Source: Sphagnum compactum (lineage: Eukaryota). From it: a DNA stretch of 64,000 nt. How positions within the stretch are numbered: the stretch's first letter is position 1; each line of letters begins with the position of its first letter. The stretch lies in the NCBI GenBank assembly GCA_965153455.1, contig OZ234493.1, positions 34,586,213 through 34,650,212 of the forward strand. The letters are read 5' to 3'. A model generated the notes under the pieces. The model saw only the letters and a list, made by a program, of their open reading frames with translations, did not search any database and was not told the origin of the DNA. Of this stretch, positions 26,271-36,174 are shown in pieces. The position numbers and the translations under genes were made by a program.

Positions 26271-26403
26271 TAAAGCACTGGAGACATTTCTCCTTTGGGC
26301 AATATCCAAAACTTTCAAAACAGTAAAGCACTGGAGAGGTTTCTCCTTTGGGCAACATCCAAAACTTTCAAAACAGTAAAGCACTGGAGAGATTTCTCCT
26401 TTG
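26271..26403 (+). repeat. Tandem repeat, 53 bp unit, 2.5 copies
   Basis: TAAAGCACTGGAGA..TTTCTCCTTTGGGCAA.ATCCAAAACTTTCAAAACAG starts at 26271, 26324 and 26377. Confidence 0.92.
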
Positions 26404-26429
26404 TTTTTTATTGCCTCAAGCTAATGAAT

Positions 26430-26995
26430 GTGCATGTATAGATTTTGAGTGCACCCATCCAATCGATGGGTTGTTTTGAAGTCTACCCATCTACTTGTTG
26501 GGTTTTTTCTTAAAATATGAATGTTGGGGAAATGATTTATTCATGTTTCTGTATCATCTTATTTTTTGGGTTTTCACTTGCCTTTTTGTATCACGAGGTT
26601 TCATATCACTATGAAATGTAAAAAAATTTCATATGATGAATTTTTTAAATGAAATTTGTTTGATAAACATACAAATAAATAGCTTCAATTCTTTTAAATC
26701 TTATTAAAATGAGATTCTTAAATTGATTAAAATAAAACATGTCAATTTTAATATAAAATTCTTTTTTGAGATGTAAATGTTTTTAATAAATTTGATGTTA
26801 TTTTAAAAACTTCAATAAGGCTTTTAAGATGAAGATTTAATAACAAAAATCAGAATGAAATTAATTTTTAATTGATTACTTTGTTTGTATTGTTGTAACC
26901 TTTTATGTTATAAAAATTTATTATTGCCCTACGATAGTAAACATGCATGCATGATTTTAGGTTTTATCCCCCATATACGAGGCACACACAACTAG
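26430..26995 (+). mobile_element. Possible non-autonomous Helitron-like element
   Basis: An AT-rich body ends in a decayed GC hairpin followed by ACAACTAG|T (CTRR 3' end, T flank). The 5' end is unclear. Confidence 0.4.
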
Positions 26996-27495
26996 TTTTG
27001 TTCCTTGTTAGGTGCAACACCACACAGGATCTTACAACCTGCATAAGGCACTGCTATCATTTTCACAGTGTACTCAGACAGCACCTTATAACAATGAAAG
27101 TTCCTCCTCTGAGGTGAGGAGCTTTTCAGATTTAAGGCGACTTTAGATGAGGGTCCAAGGTCCAGGGACTAATGAATTCAAGCAATCTTATTGGTCGAAA
27201 GCTTTAAATTGGTCCCAAGGCCAAGGGTCCAAGACCAAAAAGTGGCAAATTGAGGCTAAATCTACATGGCACCTGTTTTGGAGGGAAAATCCATTGGTTT
27301 GGACTAAAAAACAGTGCTATAAGGAGAGCTCCTGATTTGGAGAACCAAGAACCAGGTTAGGGACCAAGGTAGAGTCCAACTCAAGGATTCAATTTGCTTT
27401 CAAATCAGTCGAAATTGGTTCCTAGGAAATTGGACCCTCGTCTAAAGTGGGCCTTAGAATGTTCAAAAATGTTCAGTAGCTGTGCTTTAGGCACC

Positions 27496-27592
27496 GTAAA
27501 ACCCTTGGGGAGGGCATTCTCAGAATAATGGTCCGGCCCTCCACATTGGGCAGGCCACTTATTCTGAGAATGCGCTCCCCCTAGGGCTTTAC
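27496..27592. repeat. ~44 bp-arm GC-rich inverted repeat
   Basis: GTAAAACCCTTGGGGAGGGCATTCTCAGAATAATGGTCCGGCCC pairs with GGGCAGGCCACTTATTCTGAGAATGCGCTCCCCCTAGGGCTTTAC. Confidence 0.9.
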
Positions 27593-27749
27593 CTAACACG
27601 TAAGATCCCCTAGACCAGTCGACAGTATCTTATAACTTTTGTAAGCGTCCTGTTTTATGACTTGTTTTTCGTTTCTCTTACATCCTTCTTGTTTCCAAGA
27701 CATTTCAAAAAACAACAAACATGCTAGTGTTTTCTGTGTTTTGAAGTCC

Positions 27750-28190
27750 AAGAATCACAAGAGCTTTTGAAGCAGACCTACAATTTGAAAATGGAGGCCA
27801 GATTTAAAATAGCCTTGAAAAAGTGATCTGGATGCTCTTCCAGAACATCAAAAAAGCCTCTGAAATCTCTCCTCCAGATAAACAAAACCAAAACGAAACC
27901 GAAGCTGCTACGGGTTCCTATGTTCCGAATTCCAAGAACTTTGTGAACTTTTGAGGCAGACCTTCAATTTGAAAAATGAGACAAGATTTAGAATAGCGTT
28001 GAAAAAGCTATCTGGATGTTCTTCGAGAAGATCCAAAAAATCCCTGAAATCTCTCCTCCAGATACATAAATGAAAACGAAGCTGCTATGGTCCCTTATGT
28101 TCAGAATTCCAAGAAACAAGAATCACAAGAACTTTGTGAACTTTTGAGGCAGACCTTCAATTCGAAAAATCAGACCAGATCTGAAATCGG
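27750..28190 (+). repeat. Tandem duplication, ~185 bp unit, ~2.3 copies
   Basis: CTTTTGA.GCAGACCT.CAATT.GAAAA occurs at ~27765, 27948 and 28141. CTGAAATCTCTCCTCCAGATA occurs at 27860 and 28044. Confidence 0.88.
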
Positions 28191-30009
28191 TTTCTCTAGA
28201 TCCTCACAAAGAATTCCAAAAGCTCACTCCAATCGCTCCTCCAATTGAGCGAGCGAGGAAAAGACTACAAGGGTTCCATAAACATATTCAGCCACTGTAA
28301 AATTCGAAATACAAGGCCAAGTTGAGCTGTAAAAGCATCTACAAGCTCCCCATGGTGAAGCTCTTCAAATTCTCACACCATCATTCAAGAAACACAAGGA
28401 GAAAGCACCCTCCCACACTCAACCTACAACCCTTAGCCGAGAGTTCTCCTCCACGGCTTCAGGGCAAAAGAAATAATTTTTAAGAAACCGGAAACAAATT
28501 GGGAAAGAAATCTTTCGGATTCTTTACGCACGTAAACGGTCGGCTTCTAGACCCTTCCAGGAATTTTGGCCCCTCCACTTGGCTTCTGCGATTCATTTAA
28601 TGGAGAATTTCCGCCAAATTTCGACCCAGACAAAGGATTTTTCATGCAAAAAAAAATGACCCAAATTCTCCAGATTTCAAAGAATTTTTTTCCAAATGGC
28701 CAGATTTTGATGGTAAGTACCAGGAGGTAGTCAAGAATTTCAAAGGATTCTGTTTTTTTTCTCTACTTTCATATCTAGTATGTCGCCAAATTCGACTAAA
28801 TTATTTTCTGGATGATCACCACTTTGGCTACACCACAAAATCCTTAAAGGAAACCCTGCTTGACCTGTCAGCCTTTGGGCCGGGAGCCTCAATTCCCCCA
28901 AGGAGGATTTAAAAGGAGACCATATACTTTCTCCTATTCTTTGTTTCTTTGCTCAGGAACTTTAATCCAGGTGTTTTCCTTTCTATTTTGTTGTTGTCTA
29001 CATGGTAGCCTCAAAAAGATTTACCATTAATTGGGGACAAGTTTTTAGAAAATTGTCAAAACTGGTGAGAAACTGCCCTAAAACTAAAAGCTGTGACAAA
29101 GTGTGACAAACTTTTCTCCAAATTTTTTTTCCCCCCAGGACTTTGGCAATTGTTTTTTGAAAAAACAGGGAATTTGCAATACAATAATGTTCCTTTTCAT
29201 TTCTGGAGGTAGAAATGCTGCAAAATGTCGCCAGGAAAAATGAAACACTGAAATTTTGTCCACCTGAATCAGGGCATTTCTTTTTCAAGTTTTTGGTGTA
29301 ATGAAACTGGCAATCATCCACAAGAATATTTAGCCAAATTTGGATATATACCAGATATGACCGTAGAAATTTTTAGGAACCCTTTTATATTTTAACTACC
29401 TCCTGGAACCTTATGTAGAGATCTTGCAATTTATTTTTTTTGAAATTCAGTGAATTTCAGCCATTTTTTTCACTGTGAAAAAGTCCTTTGAATGTGTCGA
29501 AATCATTTTTTTTCAGGTTTAAAAATGCCAAAATTCACCACAAGATTAAAAAAAAACACCATTGACTGTTGACATGATCTGATAAATTATATTTAAGGAA
29601 AGCAAAATGGGGGGTCCTGAAGCAGGTACCAAACTATAATGAAGCCACTGTATGAATTGTATGAAACTGTGCAGCCAAATGTTTTGGGTGAAATTTACAA
29701 CCAATCTGACAATTTTTTTTCTTTCAAAAACTGGCGAAATTAGGTCAATTTGTTCCCCAAAAAATAATCCTTTGATTATGTTGCAACTAGCTAGGCTATT
29801 TGTTTTTTAATAAAAAAATGGTGAAAATTCCACACCAAAAAAAAATTTACACCTCTTTTTGGGGGCCTGCCAAAGGTTCGCTTTCAGGTTTCAACAGGTA
29901 TCCAAAAATAGAAACGTACCTAAATGTTTGTGCATTTAATTTTCTTTTGTAACCAAATTTGGCATGAGAAATTTGTGAAAAAATTGAGAAAAAAAAAATA
30001 CTGGGACTC

Positions 30010-30258
30010 TCATCTGAGTGACAACTGGAATTGATCTAGGGTGTTGAGCGCCTGGACGATCTTGGCAGAAGTGAACTCCTCGAACGTGAACGGTCTGTAC
30101 CGTGGTGCACCCGTCTCATGTGCTTGGACGAGCTCCGGATGAGCATAGATTGGAATGGATTTAGTCGGCGAGAAGAAGTAGGCCAACGAAATCCGCGCAT
30201 CGCTTCGGTTCACCACAGCCCTATGTGGTACGCTCTTGTATTTTCCGTTTGTTAGCGC
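30010..30258 (-). CDS. 2OG dioxygenase coding exon 3
   Basis: Acceptor ATCCAG|GCG; encodes ALTNGKYKSVPHRAVVN..RISLAYF..YRPFTFEEF; stop TGA at 30010-30012. Confidence 0.93.
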   Translation of the reverse strand, partial: ALTNGKYKSVPHRAVVNRSDARISLAYFFSPTKSIPIYAHPELVQAHETGAPRYRPFTFEEFTSAKIVQALNTLDQFQLSLR

Positions 30259-32263
30259 CTGGATTGATCACCCCAGTTCATCACAAATCAAGATTTGAAT
30301 CTAATGAAGAACATCACTAGATCAAGCGAGATACAGATCAGAGAAGCAAAATAACTAAGAGCTGTACAAAAACAGAAAGAAAGAAAGCAACAAAAACAAA
30401 ACTCGACAATAATCCTCAACCCTAAACCCTATATGGAACCAGATGTGGCTCATCTGAACGAGTTCATTCAGTTCGATTTCAAGCAGCCCTGAACTCAGAC
30501 TCTAGTTCATTCAGTTCGATTTCAAGCATAATTTTTCCTTTCGTTTTGGTTTAAGGGTTAGGTCCTGCCATTAGGGCATTTTGCTTTCGGATCCGAGGGC
30601 GGAGCCCAAGGTCGAAGGTGAAATGCCTCGGCAGCAAGACCTTCCTTCATGTAACAACGGAGGGAAACAATAAATCTTAGACCTAGTTTATCTCTGATCG
30701 GGACCTTACCAAATAATTCCCTCTCATCAGGGATCTTACACCATAATTCTCCTCTTACCCACCCATGAGCACGATTTTACACGAGGTAAGTGCCTTCAAT
30801 TAATGAAGCAAAAAGGTTTTCAAAGTTGTTTCGGAGAGTAGAAATTATAGAAAAACATGATGCAGTTACAATTCAATCGACGTTTGAGGACAAGCATTAT
30901 TCGACAACGGTTATATTAGTTCTAGAAAATTAAGACTTGTAATAAAAATGATTTTGGTATTGCTCCTTGTTGTTGTTGTAGAAGGATTAAAAAAAAATGT
31001 TCCCTCATGTGGAAAGGATTTCTGAAGTAAATAAAAGCAAGTACCTGGAGAGTGTCGCCGACGTTGATAGCGAAAGCGCCCTCTCGAGGTCTAATAGCGA
31101 TCCATTGGCCGTCTTTCTCTACTTGCAATCCCCCGATCTCCCCCTGATGGAGAACTGTCAAGAGGTTGTAGTCAGTGTGTGCAGTGAGTCCTACAGTTTT
31201 CTCCGGTTCTGGGCACGGAGGGTAGTAATTCCATCGAAAAAGCGCACTACATTTTGTCAAATACTGGTCGAAGTGCGTCGTGTCGTCGACTTCCAAACCC
31301 GCGATGACGACGTGCATCAGCTTCAGGGCTAAAGCCTTCACGCTCGCATCATACTCTCTGTAAGAGTCACTGCCAAAATCAGCCCACCCAAAAAATAAAA
31401 TCAGTCTTCACTGCTCCAAAGCATTCGTCAAGCCCGGTTGTTCCCATTAAGAATATCATTGATAATTGCTGAGCTCTTCAGCCACCAATTTGAAGCTTTC
31501 TGGGTTTCAAGAGCACTTACACAAAATCTGGGTTGTTTCCTTGAGGCCATAGTGTGCGAGAAAAGTCGTCCACACTAGGATCATCGGCGAAGTAAAACCC
31601 TTCCGACCACGGCTTCTTGTCACTAAGCGTCGCAAAACCATAGCCTGTGGACTTTCCCGGTCCTTTCGCAACTTTGTTCTTCTCCTCCAAGGGCAGAGAA
31701 AAGAAATCAACAGCCTGCTTCTGCACCCTAGATATAAGCTCTAAGGGAACCCCGTGGTTGATCACCTGGAAGAATCCCCATTCCAGACAAGCTGCTCGGA
31801 TTTCAGAGACCAAGGCGTTCATCGCAGTTGGGTCCCCAGTTTGAAGACACGACAAATCTATGACAGGAATCTCCATGTCACTGAATTCATCGTGTCGGAG
31901 AGTAGCTCGATGGTGGACAGGCCACACATAGGTATCTGAAAGTCCTCCTTGTTTGTATTGCTCCTGCTCAATTTGCAGCAGCTGTTGTGGCACAATTCCT
32001 GCTGCTGACCGCCTTTGTCCCTGCATGGTACTGTTAGGACTCGACGCAGCAAGAGCTAGAGCTGCACTTCGGGTATATGACCCACGTGGTTTCAATGACA
32101 CATTATGCAAAGGAGCAGCAGCTGCTACGCATGCTGAACTATTTGCAGCCACATTGTGCAACGACCGGCGGCCGCTGGCAGCAGCAGCAGCTTCTGGAAC
32201 GCTACAGACATCTCTAGGCAGCTGGGGAACAACATTCAGCGACTGCATCTTTAGCCCGACCAT
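30010..32263 (-). CDS. 2-oxoglutarate/Fe(II)-dependent dioxygenase (DOXC class, GA20ox/GA3ox-like); join(32263..31521,31369..31045,30258..30010), 438 aa
   Basis: DIOX_N motifs IPVIDL and ACLEWGFFQVINHGVP; NYYPPCPEP; HTD iron ligands; GGLQV; NVGDTLQ|ALTNGKYKSVPHRAVVN; RIS for 2OG binding. Introns are canonical GT-AG with consistent phases (743+325+249=1317 nt, ending in TGA). Confidence 0.95.
30561..30715. mobile_element. Palindromic repeat fragment inside intron 2 of the dioxygenase
   Basis: GGTCCTGCCATTAGGGCATTTTGCTTTCG pairs imperfectly with CGAAGGTGAAATGCCTCGGCAGCAAGACC. The mismatches are almost all transitions. Confidence 0.6.
31045..31369 (-). CDS. 2OG dioxygenase coding exon 2
   Basis: Acceptor TTTTGGCAG|T and donor CAG|GTACT; encodes DSYREYDASVK..HTD..NVGDTLQ. 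Confidence 0.93.
31521..32263 (-). CDS. 2OG dioxygenase coding exon 1
   Basis: ATG at 32263; donor GT|GTAAGT at 31520; phase 2. The start codon choice among M1, M6 and M80 is not certain. Confidence 0.88.
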
Positions 32264-32305
32264 ACTTACAGCTATCGGGAGTCTCGACAGATGCGTGATC
32301 GACTA

Positions 32306-32784
32306 CTGCCGGCTCAAGACCCACAACAACGTACTCGACAAGTAGTTAAAAAACAGAGAACTTCTGAGTGCTCAACAAACTCTTCAAGACCAATGACAAC
32401 TGTGCTTGTAAGTAGCAGCGTTGGCTGATTCACTGTCAGAGTGCGAGAAAGTTTTTGCAAATGTGAAGTCAGTGTGCAAAGATTGAAGTTGAGATCTATG
32501 CAGGAGAGTGTAGGATTATGAGTCGAAGATAGATTGGTTGGCCGAACTACGTTGCAAGAGATCGATTGAACTTGAGAATGAGCACATATTTGAAACAATT
32601 TATAGTTTTGAGCTGCAGCAGCAGCTGCATTACAGAAAAAGACAAAGAAAGAAATCCGGCTGCTGCTTCTGCGGTGATGATGTGGGCATACTCGAGAAAT
32701 TTCTCGTCTGCTTTCTCCATACGTATTGGAGTGTTGCAGTTCCTGCTGGTACATTGCGTGCAGAAGAAAGAAAGTCTCGCTCAC
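32306..32784 (-). other. Putative 5'UTR intron of the dioxygenase gene
   Basis: A strong donor CAG|GTGAGC at 32784 follows a GC-rich exon-like block. A pyrimidine-rich tract and CAGTAG acceptor lie at 32308-32303, about 40 nt before the ATG. Confidence 0.5.
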
Positions 32785-34014
32785 CTGTGGGTCGGGCGCA
32801 AATGCAGATTCAGAAGCTGGCCAGGGCGGGGGCGGCCGCGAGCGAGCGTGGAAGACGAAGGCTGCTGCTGCCGCTCGCTGAGTCGGTTTAGAACTACAGA
32901 CTTGGCTGCCCTTGCAGTGACGATGAGAGGGGCGACGATATTTCCGCCGTACTTTCTAAAGGAGCCTTGGTTGACCGCGTGCCAAGGGGAGGCCCGAAAC
33001 TTGAGAGGGCAGCTCTTTTTGTCTTCACTCACAAACTTGTCCTCCAAGCAGCCTCTTTTTTCTTTGAGGGAAATTTTGTCACGAAGAAAAAAAAGGGGCG
33101 GGGGGGGGGGGGGGGAGGGAGCTGCGAATCCTAAGAAAATAAAAATTTATAAATTTACTTTATAAAAAATCTAAAAAAATTTAAATAATTTATTTTTAAA
33201 AATTTCTTTGGGAAAGAAGGGCAAGAGCAGTCATATTTCGAGGAAGAAAAAAGGTCGAAATCTCTAAATTTGGACCATAGCTTTTAGGATGTCATTACAA
33301 ATATAGTGGGGTTCAAAAAAATTCTACCTTGCTCTATGACTTGTAGCCAAATTTGGCTAAGTTAGTCCAGTTACTTTACCTACCTCAGAAATTTGAAAAA
33401 AATCTCTGGTGCCCGGAAACTGGACAAGCCCGACCTACCTGGTGATAATGTGTAGGCCCGGGCATGCAGGGTTACCCAGCATGTACGTATACTTGTACCT
33501 TGAACCTTCCCCAGCACGTATGTCCCTAGTGCCTTGCACCTTCCCCGTCTTGAGTGAGGCCTTTTGTGGCTACCATGGTTAGTAAACGGGATGCAGCTTG
33601 GACCACATGTGTGTTGTATAATTTAGTCGATTTTGAACATTCTTAAATATTCTAAAAATATTCTTTATTTTCCTAGAAGAAATTTTGGTCTTTGGAATAT
33701 ATTTTTTTTTGAAAATTTCAATATTTTTACAAATATTTTTACAAATAACATAATTCATGTCAAAGCTTCCAACGTATTACAATATCTGTAAGCTGAGAAA
33801 CGTTAAATTTGGACTCAGATTAGTCCCAGAGACCCTGATTTAGGCTTGGGACTGAAATTTAATAATGATTCAAAGCAACCCAATTTGTTTTTGAGGTTGT
33901 TATAACACCATGGTACCTTCCCAGGTAGATGCTGGTTCATAAAGGCCATTTACACAACCAGCCTTTTCATCCCTTGTCATTTGGGAACGATCGTCACCTG
34001 ATATTTTAAGAAAG

Positions 34015-34420
34015 CTAGCTTCCTATAGTCAGGACCGAGAAGACAACTTTACCTTCCCCTCTATAGAGGGTCGCCCTTTCCTATGCCAGTGAGGGTTGGG
34101 CATGAGTGAATTTGTTCCCCCAACTAATATTTAAATGCACCATAGGTCTAAATCCTATGAAATCATCTCCAACAAATCCCACTCATCAAGGGCTTTCCAA
34201 CAGTGCCAAGAGCACACCAAATTCTTTTTTAGTTTTGATTTTCTTGAATTGTTTTCACAAAACTATGCAATATTCAATAATCTTGCACTGCAGATTTCAA
34301 CATGACGTCATCTCTGTGCTCCCCTACTCATCCAGGGCTTTCAAGTGCACAATGGCGGCACCATGGTTTGTTAGATTTCAACGTGACAAACCAAAGAAAC
34401 AGACTACCTACTTCAGTAGA
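34015..34420 (-). mobile_element. Non-autonomous Helitron-like element, related to 62852-63289
   Basis: The minus strand begins A|TCTACTGAAGTAGGTAGTCTGTTTC (compare TCTATGAAGGAAGGTAGTTTGTTT at 62856) and ends in CTAG. The internal blocks are shared. Confidence 0.6.
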
Positions 34421-35614
34421 TACATTTTATTGGCCTTGCCTACCAAGTTAAGGATTTTGTGTTTAGATTCATTATAGAGTCTAGTAGCTTAAGGGATTAT
34501 GTAATATGTCTATTTTTATATGAGGATTTTTGAAAGATGATATTTTGGCTTGTGTCGAAACTTGAGATTAGTTTCTTTTAGAGGATTTTTATTTATAATC
34601 TTTGTCTGGAGGGAAATTTTGTACATACAGAGATTATTTCAAATGGTAGCATAGCATATAAGAAACAAAGGGTGAACATGGTTTTGGTGATCACTCATTG
34701 GTGCACTGGTCACAATAGCCATGGCAACTGCTATCCCTGCCCCAATAGCCATGCCACCCTTCAACAACACCCACCGGTTTTTTTTTTTTTTTCTAAATTT
34801 GAAAACCACATGGAATGTCAAATAAAGGGTGTTGAAAGTGAAGGGTACTGTAGAATGGTTTTCAATGCCCTGGATGCATCCTGGGGTGAAAGAATAAATA
34901 AATAAATAATGCCCCATGATGTTGTGGAAGGTTTAGGGCCAAAGCAAATTTTTTACCTGGCAAATCTGGTTTTCACCTATGCAAAGGATTTTTTAATGAG
35001 AAAGGGGCCCAAATTCCCCAACCCCCAAAAAAGCCTCCATATTGTTTATAGTAAGTTGGGGGAAGTAACCCAAACTATAGAAGGATGTTTGAATTTGTTG
35101 ACTTTCATGTCTGGTTTATAGTGAAATCTGGTTACATCTTCTTATGGATGATTTCAATTTCCATTACGTCACAAATGTTTTATATAAAAATATTAAAAGG
35201 GACAAGTATACATCCATATTGCACTTTCCATTAATTAGGTCAAGGCACAAAACGGTGACAATTAATTTTATGAACAAAAGACTCATGCAGCCAATGAGAT
35301 GCCTTAGCATGCACCCAAGAGGCCCAAGGTTTGTTCTTTTGGGGAAGGATATGAGATATGAAAAATGCATTGTTGTTAATTAGTGAAAGCAACTGCTCTT
35401 TGCAGGTCCTCCACACACGGTAAGATCGCCAAGCTAGTGAAAGAAGGAACACTTTTATGCTTTGGCCAAAGTTGAACTTTCATGTATATAAACTATAAAG
35501 GAGGATAAAGGGGAGCACATTTTTGTTTCTATTTTGGGAGTGGGCTCCAAAGGGAAGTACTTTTGTGGTTCTATTAAGGTATGCCCCTTTCCAAGGGCCT
35601 TACACATGTAAAAC

Positions 35615-35972
35615 CAGTGTTGGCTGGTTATTGAGTTTTGATCCAGTTATCAACCTGGTTATCAAGTAGGTAGGTTAGAAATTCTTAAACACTACATTTT
35701 TATGACCAAAAACAGAAAAAAAAAAAAAAAATTTAAAATCTTATATAGACCCTATACTTGGTGTATAACTGGCATGTTAACAAGTGGTTATCAACCAGAT
35801 AATTGAAAACCTACCCCTTGTGCATAACTAATGGTTATTATAAAAAAATGATAACTTAATTATCACCCAAAATAATTTTGATATTGATATTGATAACCTA
35901 ACTAGAACCCATTTTTTGAAAAAACAACCTACCCTATAGTTATGAAATATAATCAATAACTGACTAACACTG
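35615..35972. mobile_element. hAT-type MITE with 18 bp TIRs
   Basis: CAGTGTTGGCTGGTTATT and AATAACTGACTAACACTG are 14/18 complementary. Flanks TGTAAAAC and GTAAAAAC approximate an 8 bp TSD. Confidence 0.7.
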
Positions 35973-36010
35973 GTAAAAACCTGGGAACCAAGACCATTGC
36001 CTGCTCAAAA

Positions 36011-36174
36011 TGAGGTGATAATCAAAGCCAACATCAAATTCTAGTAACATGTCCACTCAAAGGTCTTATTGTGTGTAATGACCAAGGGCCTGCTTGAGGC
36101 GAGGTGATAGTCAAAGACAACATCAAATTTTTGATAACATGTCCATTCAAAGGCCTTATTGTGTGTAATGACCA
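36011..36174 (+). repeat. Direct duplication, ~90 bp unit
   Basis: GAGGTGATA.TCAAAG.CAACATCAAATT..TAACATGTCCA.TCAAAGG.CTTATTGTGTGTAATGACCA occurs twice. Confidence 0.88.

Noticed and set aside
26271..26403. Regular repeats resembling a CRISPR array (also 8118-8270 and 30461-30528)
   Set aside because: The units are contiguous tandem copies with no unique spacers, there are no cas genes, and the context is eukaryotic.
19543..32263. Channel plus dioxygenase as a functional gene cluster
   Set aside because: They are convergent genes about 9 kb apart, separated by TE debris, with no known shared pathway and no additional biosynthetic genes in the window.
32314..33165. ORFs of 88-199 aa upstream of the dioxygenase
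   Set aside because: They have no recognisable domain, overlap a GC-rich UTR/intron/promoter, and run into a MITE.
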